A stretch of DNA of 59,537 bases, the filler included, from Sphacelaria rigidula (Eukaryota), in NCBI GenBank assembly GCA_964200075.2. It is 8 parts of 8 records of this genome, joined end to end, with 100 filler letters (N's around TTAATTAATTAA, not from the genome) between each part and the next. Parts side by side here need not be neighbours in the genome. Positions count along the whole stretch, not along the records: positions 29,824 to 37,177 come from CAXNAA020015283.1; positions 37,278 to 44,631 come from CAXNAA020015284.1; positions 44,732 to 52,084 come from CAXNAA020015285.1; 5 more parts are not named here. The stretch is one strand, 5' to 3'. This document shows, one piece after another, positions 34,518 through 48,000 of the stretch. The stretch's first letter is position 1. Each line of letters opens with the position of its first letter. The notes below the pieces were generated by a model, which saw only the letters and a program-made list of their open reading frames with translations, had not been told where the DNA came from and made no database searches. The position numbers and the translations under genes are program-made.

Positions 34518-37050
34518 GATACTAAAAGCAAGCCATTTTAAGACAAATCACTCTTCGTCCAACCCCTGCAGTCTTCTACAAACGTGTCACCTTTGATAGC
34601 ACAAGCTCCACCGCGACTCCTCCAACCCTCTTCCCCTCATCCTTATCCTGAACGGGATCGTGCAAGGACTATAAGAAACAATATATATATATATATATAT
34701 GTAAACAAGGTTCCCCTTCGGGAGGTTGGCACGGGCCTCCCGGGGGTGACGCAAGTCGATAATATAAAATATACTTCGTATGCCTTCTCAGTGCGTTGCA
34801 AAAGAAAGCGTGGGGAAAAAATGCCTTGCTGGCAGAGAAAACTCGGCAAAAATGGCAAAAATGTGAAATGATTATATGTACATGATATACATGGGTTGAA
34901 TAAAGGGGGGAAACGCGCGTGAGTCATCGCTTTGTCCGCTTCGATCGAGCAGGTGTATATTGCCCTCCGCGAAAAAAAAGAGAGACGTGGACAAACAAAT
35001 ACAGCTGATTATGGGGCCTCCAATTACATAGAACGGTGTTTTCGTGAGATTGAGAGAAGAGGATACGATTGAGAGTGAAAAGCGGTCAATTAGTGAATAA
35101 ATCGTTTCAGTTCCAAAATACCCCTTCGCGAGGCCCGACATGCCTTCTGCAGTAGCATGCCACCGAGGCCCTTGATATCCCTGAGCAGGATATCGATGTG
35201 TAACTGTAAGCACACGCCAGTGATGGAGGCAAAGAAAATCACACACGGAATAAAAAACTGAGCAAGTTTGATCGCATGACCAAAGCTGATAATTTATACG
35301 ATCATCCTTGTATGCGAAAATCCGCACACATTTGACTTTTTTTTTGGCGCAACACTAGTAGACCCAAAGAAACTTACATTAACAATGATTGGTACTCGAT
35401 TTTACTTGGTTTCAGAATTAAGAAAGTTCTAGGAAAAAATCATGATTTGGGGCAGGTGAGCAGTGGTGAGCAGTAGAACCAGGTCGTCCAGAACGTGTTT
35501 TGTTCCAAAATCGGCTCAAAGGCGTCGATTTGAGCTCTCGCAACGCACGCTTTACCTAACAAAACTGCACCCGCCTTGCCCGAGAGTTCTCGGTATGCCT
35601 TGGTCCACGTTAGTGTCAGGGTTAGCGTTAGGGTTGGTGGCATCTCCATAGTACCAACCATGGTTTACGTACATTTCTATAGGTCCCCTCTGTGAAGTAC
35701 TTGTGCAGGGATATGCATCCTTGTCACAAGTACATCTCTATCATCCCTGTCACATGGATATTCCTGCGCCGGTCCTTCACAGGTGCATCCTTTGAGGGAA
35801 CCCTCTGTTACGGGTTGCATGATCACAGGGATTTCGTCACCCCCCTGCACTTGTCCAGCACAGCTGGCCCACAGGGAGGACGTTTGCCCACGTGCGTGCC
35901 TTGTTCAACTCGCCAACGGCCCATTGCACGGTTTTGTATTTGCTACTGACTAAGGCGAAGGCAATGTTCAATTATTTTCAACTGCTTTCCTTTCATGTTA
36001 TCGTGACATTCGCTGCATAGCCGCTGTCTTCGTGCTCCCGAATCAACGAGAACGTAAAAGAAACACCCCGCCATGAACAGGCTTTTGTTGTCTAGGTTCC
36101 TGTCTGGAGTTTTCCATCATCTCCAAGAGGCTTTTGTGGCTCGGGATCTACACCCCGCGAAAGAGAGCCAGTGTGGGCGACTTTCGATGGCCAGAACACG
36201 CGCCACAGGTATGAGATGACACCCAAACCTGAACGGTGATGTACCGCTGCACTTTCTTCGTGCACTGCAAAAGAAAGCGCGCGATAAGATGCCTTGCCGC
36301 CTGAGGAAACTCGGCAAAAGTGGCGAAAAAAGTGAAATGGTACATGTACGTATACATGTAGCCCTGCACGCATCACTCATGTATACGCATTGTTGTTATT
36401 CGAGTGTAATGGATCAGAGGCAATTCGATTCAAGATATGTTTTGGCCCAGAAGGGTCATGATCAATCCTCGTTCAACTTTTGGGGAGAATATTCGCCTGC
36501 ACGTATACGTCACGATCCATTATCCAAATCGCTGATGTTGCATTCCTCCTCTCGAAACAGTGAGCTTCGGCCGCTACGGGAATTGGTAAGCACATGGAGC
36601 CTTCCCAAGGGCATGTTGGAAATCGCAGGGATAAACGTAGGATAAACGCCGGTGACCCAGGTAACTGGGTGCTAGAGAATGGTGGTTGCGAACCATCCTT
36701 TTTTATCATTATTATATCCGTCACATTGGCTCGATCTCTCGAATCCGTCGTCACAGAGTGCAAGGAGCATACCACCCATGCCCATAACCCAAACAGCCCG
36801 GAGAAGAAGGCGAGAAACAAAACATCTACACGAAAAATAGGAATAAAAAAATACATACCTTTTGTTTTTCGAAAGGTACAGAGTTCGTACATACAAGTAA
36901 AGATTCCCATGTTCAAGTACACATATAACGCATGCACAAATTATCGAGGTGAAAAACATGGGAAGGAGGGGGAGAACATAAGTAAATAAAAGATCGGGAA
37001 ATAAATAAGAAAGAGGGAAACGCACCACACACACACACACACACACACAC

Positions 37051-37177
37051 TAGAGCCTGGTATCATATCAACTTTTCGAGATATAGTGTATCTATATATA
37101 CCCCTCCCGAAAAAGGTGATATGTCATAAAAGTTGATATATTCGTAGTCATGTTCATATACCCCCCATTTTTCCATA
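37051..37177. mobile_element. Probable left end of a hAT-like non-autonomous element, cut by contig end
   Basis: Begins TAGAGCCTGG like the 48739 MITE; internal inverted ATATCAACTTTT/AAAAGTTGATAT. Confidence 0.4.
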
Positions 37178-37277
37178 NNNNNNNNNNNNNNNNNNNNNNN
37201 NNNNNNNNNNNNNNNNNNNNNTTAATTAATTAANNNNNNNNNNNNNNNNNNNNNNNNNNNNNNNNNNNNNNNNNNNN
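37178..37277. other. Artificial contig spacer
   Basis: Same layout. Confidence 0.99.
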
Positions 37278-37936
37278 AACACTCCCCAAGTAAACAAAAA
37301 TGGCTGGCACCCCCCAAACGCATCAAGGCAAGCAACAAATGAGTACCCCCCCCCCCCCCCGATCATGAGTACCCCCCCCCCCTCCCCTCATACGCATAAA
37401 GCCTTTGACCGCTAAGCAAGCAGTGCTGTGAGTGTATGAACACCAGTGCAGCACTCGGTGTATCGATTCTCGGTTAAATATCTTCTGACAGTAAATATCC
37501 CAGGCTCTTCGTCGTGAAAAGGGTTACAGCGCACCCGTTTGACGCAAAGCGCAGGGGGCATAACATCTTTTACTTATCCATTGCGCCGGCATCGTGGTTA
37601 CTCGTCGTATACAAGTGGTATTTGTTGGCCGCAGGGCCAGGTAGCGTACGAACCACGAATGCGCATACCGAGCAGCTTGGACTTCTAGCACAACGGGCCG
37701 GAGGAGAACGTGCTGTACTGCACCTGTTTAAAGCTCAGCGAGGAAACAAACTCGGCGCTGAGCGGCTCCCTTCCAGCTGACCATGGATCGAATCCTACGG
37801 CAAACCAGTCTTCCGCAGCCGACCTTGGCCGCACCCTACCCACAGCTCGTGCTTGCGGCATGTTGGGCACATGTGGAAGGTAGTCGCAGTGCTGTGTGTG
37901 GGATCGGGTTGGATTCAAGTGTGACAAAAAAAGGCA

Positions 37937-38026
37937 GGGGGAAGGGGGAGGGAGGGGGGCGTACTCATTTGTTGCTTGTCGTAGTCGTTTGACCATTGAC
38001 CACGCATCCCTTTCGAGACGGAGCAT
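37937..38026 (-). mobile_element. Short LINE 3' end with C-rich tail
   Basis: Minus strand reads ..TGGTCAATGGTCAAACGACTACGACAAGCAACAAATGAGTACGCCCCCCTCCC; a further tail fragment lies at 37325-37390 (+). Confidence 0.8.
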
Positions 38027-41000
38027 GGGGGGCGGGGGCGGGGGATTTATTTTGTCCTGCATGCCGGCAATCAACCAATTAAATCTATCACGATTTATCA
38101 ATGCCTCTCGTGCTCGACTGTTTGGCACAATTCGTTCGGAAAGGGGTGGCACATTGGGCGGGGGTAAACAAACGATGGCCAAGGGTGCTCGACGCAGCGA
38201 ATAACCTCACTGATGATGTAAGGTCGAGTAGCTCGAAGACGAGAGTTTCGAACAACTTTCGCGCACTGGTGGCGATGTTCTCAGGGATGTCCACTATACC
38301 CGATTTGTTTCTGGGTGACGGCTGACGCTCGCAAAATGGACTTGGGATAGGGGCCGGCGGCGTGCTCAGGATTTGAATTTCATAGCTGTCGGACCGTCAT
38401 GGGCCACGCGTGCTCGAGAGGAGAGAGAAAAAGGAGTGTACGTGTGCCATTGAAAAATGGTCAGTGGTCAGTAGGTGACGCAGCGTCAAAGAGCCGAGTT
38501 ATGCTCTCGTGAGTTAGTGCATGCATACGCAGTAGCATTACAGTAATGTTCATCGGACGCACTCCTGTATTTTGCTGTCTTTTGGGATGTAGAGCTATGT
38601 GAACTGCCAAGACGCTGAGGTTTGTCAAGGTCCACTTGCATTTATTTCCATCGTTGTGCTTTCACAAAATCACCCGCCATCCCCGACAAAGGAAAATGCG
38701 CACTCTTCCGCCTTCCCCCACCTAACACCGAAGGCCGACTACTAGCGCAAAAATGGTTCATACATACGAGAACAAGCGACCGAACAGAGCGCCGAATGAT
38801 GCTGTGGAACAAAATCACGTTTACGCCACCTTACAAACGACTGCAAATTCCGACTTTCCAGTTTCAGCAGGTAGAAGTTTGGTTCCCTCTTTTGGCCGCA
38901 AAACTTCGTCGGCGGTCATGATCCATACTCCGATGATCTCTAACGCGAACATGTGTGACTTACTTGGCTCTTCATGTACGGGATCTCCTGCAGCCACGAT
39001 CCCAAACCTTGCAGCCACAGGGTTAACCGAGCCGCACAGTACATTTTCCTCACCTGTTTGCCGACATGCGTGTGTGATATGGCGCTGAGAAAGCCTTCCG
39101 GCAAGGGCTCATTTGTCCTTCGCATGGGTGCCCCGAGAGAGCTCTTGGCCCTCTGATTTGCAGCGCGATCGCCTCCGGCTGGCAGCCAAGACTGTCCCTC
39201 TCCGGCAGCCGCGTGTCCCTAATTTTGGAGGGGGGGGAGGAGAGGGGGGGGGTGGGGGTGGTATGCAGCATTACGGTATGCTAATCCTGTAACAAGGTCC
39301 AAAGTTTCCCGACGATAAGAAGCCCGTTCTACCGCAGCTCCTCATCTGGTGCTGCTGTGTGTTGTGTGGCCAATATACTCATCGAGCAGACAAACTGAAA
39401 TAAAAACGCACGTGGGGCAGAGGGTGCACTGTACGCGCTTACAAGACTCAGACCACTCGAATCCGGATAACTTCTTGTGCCGTGAAGCACGTCAAGCACT
39501 GGAGCATGACATGCACATGTATAAAAAACAAGAAGCCATTCTTGTTTTTCCCGGAGCAGCTGTAAATAGGGACACGTCCGCCTACATGGGCTCCAACGTC
39601 CTGGTCGTCGGTTGTGGCACCGCGTAGGTAACCCCGCTTCACGTGGGATTGTAGGAGACGCCGTTTCCCAAAAGCTCAACTTAAGTCTAGCGTGATGCCA
39701 CTACGTAACCCGACGCCACACACGGTATTAGAGAATATTGATTTCTAGAACCGCAAGGGTTAGCGTCCCGGCGCGTGGCTTTAGTTCGGCCGTTCTCCAC
39801 CTGTCCGTTAAAGCAAAAATTATCTCACATGTCAGTACAACACAGGTTCAGCGAGTCATGAGAAGTGACAGTTTGGCTTTTAAAAGAAGGATGAATGCAG
39901 GTATTGCAAGAGCACACGTTGCGCTTGCTCACGCATACAAGCTTGCTTTATCTGCACGTATACGGTACTACGACAGGCACTACCATTGCATGTTTCCTTC
40001 ATACATGCATGTCGTGTCTTCATTCAAATCTACATAGGACCGCATCCTTTTGTTTTTATCTCACTTGAATCGTATTTTTAAATCCGTTATATACTCAATG
40101 ACACATTAGTTTCGTTTTTCGGATGTAACTAGCGTATAAAACACTCATCTTCTGATTGATGATATGTCTGCGAGAACGCCTAGAAGCGTCCTTTATATCA
40201 CACGGATTTTGTAGGTAGCATTGAATGTTGATGGTGCATACACAGTACATACACACTCGACAGTGCTGGGTCTCACCGAACGCCTCAGCAAGCGGCGACT
40301 GCATTAGGTGCCATCGCTTGTTTACTGTTGCAGCATTGCTTTCCCCCCGCCATTTGCGACGGGGCGGCACGCCTTCGACAGGCTACGGACACTCGTTGTG
40401 GTACAAATAGTGTCTCTCTTGCAAAGAACCATACTCCACTCCTGGATCTACACACGTACCCGACATTGCTTCTTCCACAGTGTCTCCGGATATGCGACGA
40501 TGGGCGTTTTGAGCTCTGCTTTTCGACGAGGATCCCCCTCTAACTCCTGCCTCAAGCAAAGTGAAGATGAAGGAGGCAGCCACACGTACAACGAGGAACA
40601 AAAAATCGATGAAAGATAGACCGTGCACGGGAGCACGGATGGATACGCCGCTCAACAACAACAGTCCAAAGTTCGGCTAGACGAGCACGGGGGAAGGGAG
40701 AGATGGACAGGTTGTTGATAAAACGCCTTGAAACAACGGATTCGCGGTGGGCAAGGGGATAGGGGCGGGAAGGGGTTCGAGGTACGACGGAAGGAAAAGG
40801 AACGTGTACACGAAGTTAGTTGTTGGGGTGAGAAAATAACAAGGAGACGCCGGGGGACTTGGGTAGGAGAGGCTCGAGGCGTTTGCGAGTTCTTGTATAG
40901 AGAGGCTCGGACCCACACAGACACGAGAGCACAGTGCAGCAAGGACACCTCGGGATAGGAAAACAAGCATTTTGGGCTCAGGACCAAAACTGTGTCGTGT

Positions 41001-41671
41001 GACCGTATCCTCATGGAGAGTACAAACGCCTCCTGGGGAGGTTAGTTGGATGTCTTCACATGTCCCTTGTTTTGCATACGAATTCAACCATGCTGACAGG
41101 ATAGACGATAGGCGTACGCACCCAACGGAAACAACGACGCGGGAACAGAAACGCTCGCCAGAGGAAACTCGAGAAGAGGACCATAATATGAAGGAATTGC
41201 TATTAAAACATCTTGTTGTCATGAAACACACACATGTATATATACAAGATCATGTGTATCAAGGACTACCGCAGGCAACAAACTCGCATGGCCACGAAAC
41301 TTGAAATATGTTGATCAACACTGTGCAGAATAATAATACTCACAGCAAGTTAAGTAACAGGGCACTGATGTACGATCTTGGCAATGTTGTTTGACGGTGT
41401 CTTTGCAGATTATACACATATAGATATGTGTAGATAAGGTCAAGTCTCTTCCCATGTGTTCATCATGGGTCGACTTTCCCACTATGGACGGTAGTGTAAA
41501 GATTCAAGCCCGGACTTTTTTGTCCAGTTACTGCGCACGAAGTAGTTTAAACGGGACCAACGTTGTATAAATGACTGGGCCCTAAGAATCGAGCACAGCA
41601 CACAGAAAATGAGGGCGCACGTGCATCACAGCATCCAGCGAAGAAATTACGTCGAGAGTCGTCAAGAGTTG

Positions 41672-41880
41672 CAAGGGCAGGTCGAGTAGAGTATACTCAA
41701 ATGCGGGGTATTTTGAAAGACGTACTTGAGGTACTCAAATTAGGGTAGAGCGTTGGGAGTCGTATTAAAAAAACGACTGGAAAGCGATCCCCCAAGCCCT
41801 ACCCCCAATTTGTGTACTTCAAGTACGACTTTCAAAATACCCCGCAACTGAGTATGTATACTCTTCTCGACCTGCCCTTG
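41672..41880. mobile_element. 209-bp hairpin MITE with 8-bp TSD (hAT- or P-like)
   Basis: TIR CAAGGGCAGGTCGAG..CTCGACCTGCCCTTG with long further pairing; perfect TSD AAGAGTTG at 41664-41671 and 41881-41888. Confidence 0.92.
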
Positions 41881-42374
41881 AAGAGTTGAGAATTTCAGGT
41901 GACGAGGGCACGCCCCGCCCCCAAAGAAATGCGATGGATTGTATCACCCTTAGCTATAGTCGGACAACGTACATACATACGAACAACTGCATCCGTTATT
42001 TGTTGGGTTTGTCTTGGTTGTATTTTTGTGTCGGAGGGGACGGAAGCAGTGGATGAAGCAAATCCTCCCGAAGGCTAAGCACGGCCATTGAAGCGAAAAA
42101 AAAACGAAGTAATAGCAGCACCCAATAACAGCACCGACTGGTTCAATAGTTGGCTGAATATCGCACGTTTACCGATCCACTGCGAATCCGACAGTGGTCA
42201 CAAGAAAAACGCGCTCAACGCGGAAGGGGAGAACACGGAAACACGCGCTTTAAGGAACCTCCGAAAACGGGGGAAATGGGGAAATAGTGAAATAGTGCAC
42301 TCCCAACGAGTCTTGAAGGGCAACCAAGATGGATTACGGAAGAAATCGGAGATGGAAAGCATGAGGGGAAAATA

Positions 42375-42393
42375 CAGCAGCAGCAGCAGCAGC

Positions 42394-42438
<45 letters not shown>

Positions 42439-42448
42439 AATAACAGCA
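42375..42448. repeat. Compound (CAG)n(CAA)n microsatellite
   Basis: Direct reading. Confidence 0.95.
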
Positions 42449-43954
42449 GTCTTGCACTTCACCTCCGGCTTGAAGGTCCCGTACTGGTCATCGGGACACG
42501 GAGTGGGCACCACGGGAGGAACGACCTTCACATGTGAGGTTCACGGCACAGGTGAAGCGAAAGGACGAACAGACGACGAAACACAGAAGACGGATATTTG
42601 GCAAAACAAGGGACACACCTCAAAGCGTGTAGGATAGCTCCAGATATACGTATTCAGGGGCTGCTTGATGAAAATTCCCGCTTCCGGCCAAAGTCACACA
42701 GTCGGCATGCACGAAACGTTGGCAAAGTGAGCTGAAATCCTCTCCGATCGTGGAGGAAGACATTTATTGCAAGATGGAACAATCCGTGCATTGTAGCCCA
42801 GACCTTTCAACCCTGATCTGGCAGAAAATGAAACCGCTGAACTCAGCACCAGAACTTGAAGTCTCCCGACGGCACTGGTTCTCCCCCTCCATAAACGGCA
42901 GACAAGCGGAGGCCGCTTTCGGGCTGACCTTCGGCTTTCGTCAACGTAACTCCTACGCTATGGTAGCTGGCTAGCTCCTCTGTGTGAGGCAAATCCATCC
43001 TCTCGTTAACGAAATCATCGTGCATCCTGACCCCCAACTCCTAACCCCAGTGGTATTGTTGAACCAATGCAGTAGGTTTTCACATCATTTCAGCGGTCGA
43101 TCCAGAGGTCACCTGTGGCGTAATCTCGCCTCCGAGGGGCTCATGAATACCAGTATGGCCCTTTTTTTTGCTCACTCGAGGAACTAATAATTATTATTTC
43201 GGCGCTTGTTGTCAGGGAATTCCGATTGTTTCGCAGCCGATAGTAGGGGGGGGTTAGGAAGGGCTAGTCGAATGGAATCTAAAGCAGCATTCCTTCGAGG
43301 AGAGCAAAAAAAAAAAAAGCGACAACAGACAAACACGGGCGATTGATCGCTTTTTCACGAAATGATAATACTTGAGGGAGAGTTGGTATTTGAGTCGCTT
43401 CTCTCATCAGGATGATCTGATAGAAGAGAAATTTATGCAAAAACGTGCCATCTGCTTGGGAACCTTCCGGGACATTTTTTGTCATTCAAGAAGAGACCTA
43501 TGTAGGCGGATTTTTCCACCTCGGAAGCATCTTCTCTTGCGTCTGAGAATATTCCGGCACGATTCCGGCGCGATTTCGGCACACGTTTGCGTTTCTCGGG
43601 GCACGACCATTTGTCTTCAGGACGGATCACGGAGTGTTCGAGCTTGTTGATGATCATCATTTACAAAATACCCCGAAAAAGTACCAAAATTATTGGAGTA
43701 CTTCTGAAAATCGACCATCGTCTCTGAAAAATTACGAGTCCCACGAAATTTCGACATGTGTGCAGTAAAGAGCGAAAAGCTCCTCCGAAAGTTCCTGTAT
43801 CTCACACTCAGTAGTAAAGCAAACCGTACTGACGGGGGACAACCCACCGAGCCCTCTGTTTCCTCTGTCGGTTGAAACACGTCACGGAAGGGCCTAAAAG
43901 TACGTTTTTTCCTAGATATATACTTGAAGTATATATACTATATATTGATCGTAA

Positions 43955-44050
43955 CTACCGGGGAGAGATGGGTTGGTCCCTTGTGACCACGGACTCGTCT
44001 CGAGGAAGGAGAGGGGTTCAAAGTGCGACAGAAAAAACAACAATAACTAA
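43955..44050 (+). mobile_element. Family B short interspersed repeat
   Basis: TACCGGGGAGAGATGGGTTGGTCCCTTGTGACCACGGACTCGTCTCGAGGAAGGAGAGGGGTTCAAAGTGCGACA plus A-rich tail. Confidence 0.8.
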
Positions 44051-44504
44051 CACCAGTCATTCTTCATCTCCGCTTTGATGCCGGTGGAAGATCCGTTTTT
44101 AACGGGCTTGCGTGAAGCGAGACATGATTCGATGGTCCACGAAGAGGGGGGGTGAGCGTCAAAATATTCTTCAAAGAAAAGAGCGCGTCATGGCGATCTT
44201 CATTTAATGCTCTCTATCCTTGTTCGTGGCTTTCAGATCATGTGCGATGTTTCAATGATTGTTTAAGGTGCAGTATCAAGATCTCAATCCTGTCCATGAT
44301 GCAAGTCCTGCTCGACTGCGGTGTCGTGCGGATTTGAGTTGAAAAACAACGCGGCGATCATTGGCGTGTCATGTCCACATCCATCTCCGTCCCCGCCGTT
44401 CCAGTGGCAAAAATAAATGCTGTGTCCTGGAGAAAGCGATTGTTATCGTCCCTTTTATTCATGTATCTGTGCGTTTTTATTTACAACGAACAGTATTAAC
44501 ATTC

Positions 44505-44534
44505 GTATTACTTTTTATTACTATTGTTATTATC

Positions 44535-44566
<32 letters not shown>

Positions 44567-44631
44567 CATTATCATTATCATTTTGTTATCATTATTATTA
44601 TTATCATTATTTATTATTATTATTGTTATTA
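44505..44631. repeat. (ATT/ATC)n microsatellite at contig end
   Basis: Direct reading. Confidence 0.95.
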
Positions 44632-44731
44632 NNNNNNNNNNNNNNNNNNNNNNNNNNNNNNNNNNNNNNNNNNNNTTAATTAATTAANNNNNNNNNNNNN
44701 NNNNNNNNNNNNNNNNNNNNNNNNNNNNNNN
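44632..44731. other. Artificial contig spacer
   Basis: Same layout. Confidence 0.99.
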
Positions 44732-44815
44732 CCCGGCTGATGCACCCACATATACCGAAAGGTGTAGACTGGTGTCCAGAATAAATGGGACGACAACACA
44801 ACACAACACACACAG
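44732..44815 (+). mobile_element. 3' end of the tRNA-derived SINE
   Basis: GGCTGATGCACCCACATATACCGAAAGGTGTAGACTGGTGTCCAGAATAAATGGGA plus CA-rich tail matches 10826-10901. Confidence 0.85.
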
Positions 44816-44950
44816 TATCCGACATTCGCCATAAAAAGCGTGATAGCGTGAGTAAACAAAGTAGTTGACTGAATTCGTTTAACGTGAATTGACGCGGTGT
44901 GGAAGTGCTGATAGTCATGACCCAATCCGCGAAACCAAGATGCAAGGCGT

Positions 44951-45040
44951 GTACCGGAGAGAGACGGGTTGATCCCTTGAGACCACGGACTCGTCCCGAG
45001 GAAGTAGGGGAGGGGTTCAAAGTGCGACAAAACTGATAAC
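44951..45040 (+). mobile_element. Family B short interspersed repeat
   Basis: TACCGGAGAGAGACGGGTTGATCCCTTGAGACCACGGACTCGTCCCGAGGAAG..GGGGTTCAAAGTGCGACA. Confidence 0.8.
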
Positions 45041-48000
45041 AGATAGTGTCGAATTGTGTTTTTAGCTCAAATTCCTTGAACGCGATGGTCGTGTTCCATG
45101 CTCACCTCTGCCGCGGTCATGGTCACAGAATAGAGATCCACGGCCTTGTCGTCACCTGCCAACGCGAAGGCGAACGCAATCAAGAATCCCACAGCACGCG
45201 GGGGGATCTCACTGATATCACTGACTCCTGAAAAGGGAACATGAAAACAGCGAGAAGACAGATGCGCGAGGCAAGGAAGAACACTAACTCTCGTAACCCG
45301 CACATATACAGGTTGTGCTCTACACAGAGAGAAACTTTCGAAGAAAGCACATTGCCGCACGAGTATCTTGACACGCTCAGATCTTTGCTCCGTCGAGGTA
45401 AAATAGGCGCCAGACCAACACAAAGACGCGATGGTTGACCGTGGAGTAATAAGACTAGATTCACCAGGCGCATTTTCCTTTCGCAGCCGTTTCCTACTCT
45501 CAGAGCAGCAAATATCCCTCGTCCGGCGAGAACCGTTGACACAAGCTCATACTCTCACCTCGTGCACATGGTTGAAATCGACGGCAGATCGATGACCGCT
45601 GCTGACACAAGTCATCGCGGTAGCACAGAAGCGCGTCCTCTCCGAAGCTTGAGGGGTAGGGTTTCGCTATGCTAATTGAGTCATAATCCATACACAAGAC
45701 AAGCAAGAGGTCACCTCGGGCGAAATAGTCATGCGCGGGTGCGTCCAGACTTACCACTGGCAGTGATAATGACAGAGCCTGTCCTGGCATCGCGTCGAAT
45801 AGTTGCCACGCAAAACCGTCGCCGTATCTCTGCAGGCCGGAGGTAGCTCAACGTGGGCGTCTCCAACACAATCCCGCCGCGGTACAAGGCGTCCCACTGG
45901 TGCTAATCAGAAACGTCAGACACGTGACCGGGCGAAGATAAAATGCAAAGAAGGGAGCGCGCTTCGTGCTCTTTGTTTCGATGAGTGGATTTCTTTGCTG
46001 GCGAGGACGAACGGTGTCTGCTCTGACTCGCCTTCTTGAGGCGAAGGGCTCAGCTACACCACGCCGCAGCACGTGCTTTGGTGCGATTAGTTGCAACTAC
46101 AGTAGAGGAGAGAGCGTGAGGTCTCTACAACTGCAAAAGCATTGAGATTCAAGGTGTGCCTACCTTGAATCCTGACCTCACCTGTGCACGTCCAGGCACG
46201 TTTTCCGTAATAATCATTCGCTTTTGTAGCTTCCCTGCGGACTTCACGGTCGGCCTTGAGACAGCGATCAGCAGCCGAAGTGCTTGTTTTGCCGCAGTCA
46301 CCGCCTATCGGTGCGCAGACGACGGAGGGGGGTCAAACAATATTCTATGCTTATTGCGCACCACTCGAAATAAGGAAGCAAGGATCTGATAAAATCATCA
46401 TTGCCGTTCAACCTGCCCATCGGGCTGAAGCAGTGCAGATGGGTTATTTTATCCAGGGTTTGTCGTTGGGAGTGCCATTGTGGTTTACTTAAAAAGATAT
46501 ACCATCGCAGTCCCCCACACGCTTGACTCTATAAACCATGCCGTATTTGACATTTCGAATGTCACTTGTAATCACAATGGATCTGTAGCAGGTGTTGTGG
46601 AGAATATCCAACAACCACCGCGTTCTAAACGATACAGTATCCCCAACCCCAACAGAGTAAGGGTGAGTACACCAAGTTCAACTCAGCCCATGGTGCGTTC
46701 TCCTCTCACATCCTGCGCCTTCTTGGTCAGGGTGTCGACCGCGTCCTTTCCTTCCCTGATTCCAACACGTACTTTTTCCGCCTTAGTTCTAGCCGCTGTG
46801 GCTCGGCACTTTGACGCCGCTTGTTCATCTTGAGCTCGACTCGCAGAATCTCTGGCGGCGATAGCTGCCTGCCAGAAGATGATGATTACATTTGCGCAGA
46901 CAGTGTGAGGGTGATACGTGGTGACTACAGCTACCTGAGAGCACCCATGAGTGATCAATTGATTGTCGCGCGTCGAGTAATCCCCCAGGGATCCAGGCGT
47001 GATAGCACGATAGACGTACCCGATCTAGACAGAACGACAACAATCGCTGGACAAAAATGAGGAACACAAGGAGGTACGACAGACAACCACAGTAGAGTAG
47101 ACAAACTCCCCCAAACGAACAAACAACGAAGATCAAAGACAACGAATCAAACTAGAAATGACCGGCCTGGGCAACACGGTTTCAGGTGGGAAAAATCTTG
47201 CACAACAGCACACGCCTTTATACCCCAGTCGAAAAAATAGCCGTAGGAACGGAGTGAGGCTAATCTATTTTGTGCATGGGCTCTCACCCATGGACCCTAC
47301 GGGAACCGAGGCACCTAAACTGCGGCGTGCATACACCGGGAGGAAATTAACACGTAAACGGAGGGAGAGAGGGGAGGGAAAGAAAAACGGAGACAAAGGA
47401 GACTACGGAAGTGATGGAAGCCCTTTGTACATCGACAGGTGTACAATGGCTCATTGGATAAGGCGGAATGCAAAGACGGCTTCTCAGCTGGCTACGACAA
47501 TCAGGCGGGGGTTCAAAGGTGAAGATCACCGCGCGTTCATGGCAATGGAGTCAAGAGCATCCGTATTACGACGCAACAAAGTTAGTGAAGCACTTCGCAG
47601 TCAAAGGATTGGTAAGGGGATAAGTCTTGACACCGAGAATGCTGTTTCGTATGCTCCGGGATGCCCCCCGCCCACCATCAGACAAGTTGCCGTATGTAGT
47701 TACAGCCGTGGAGTGTACCTCAAGTGCACACCGGCATCGGTACCTGAATCACAGTGACAAGGGCCCGGTCTGTTTTTCTTCTTCGGACGAGCTGCCTCCA
47801 GTTGTTTCCATTCTCGAAAGGATCCCAGGCCTTCAACCAACATAAATTCCGGTGAGCAGCACACGAACGGGGGTGAAATACGTCATCATCAGACACATCA
47901 CCTGCGTATATAGAACGCACAAATGGATCCCGAAGACTAAACAAAAGTGAAAGAAGGGCTGAAACGTTCTCTTCTTTTACTGTGGTTTTCATCAAATGGT

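Noticed and set aside
42088..42537. ORFs with poly-N, poly-L, poly-C or poly-V tracts
   Set aside because: Translations of a (CAG)n(CAA)n microsatellite; the same applies to poly-I at 44361-44687 and poly-L at 31442-31648
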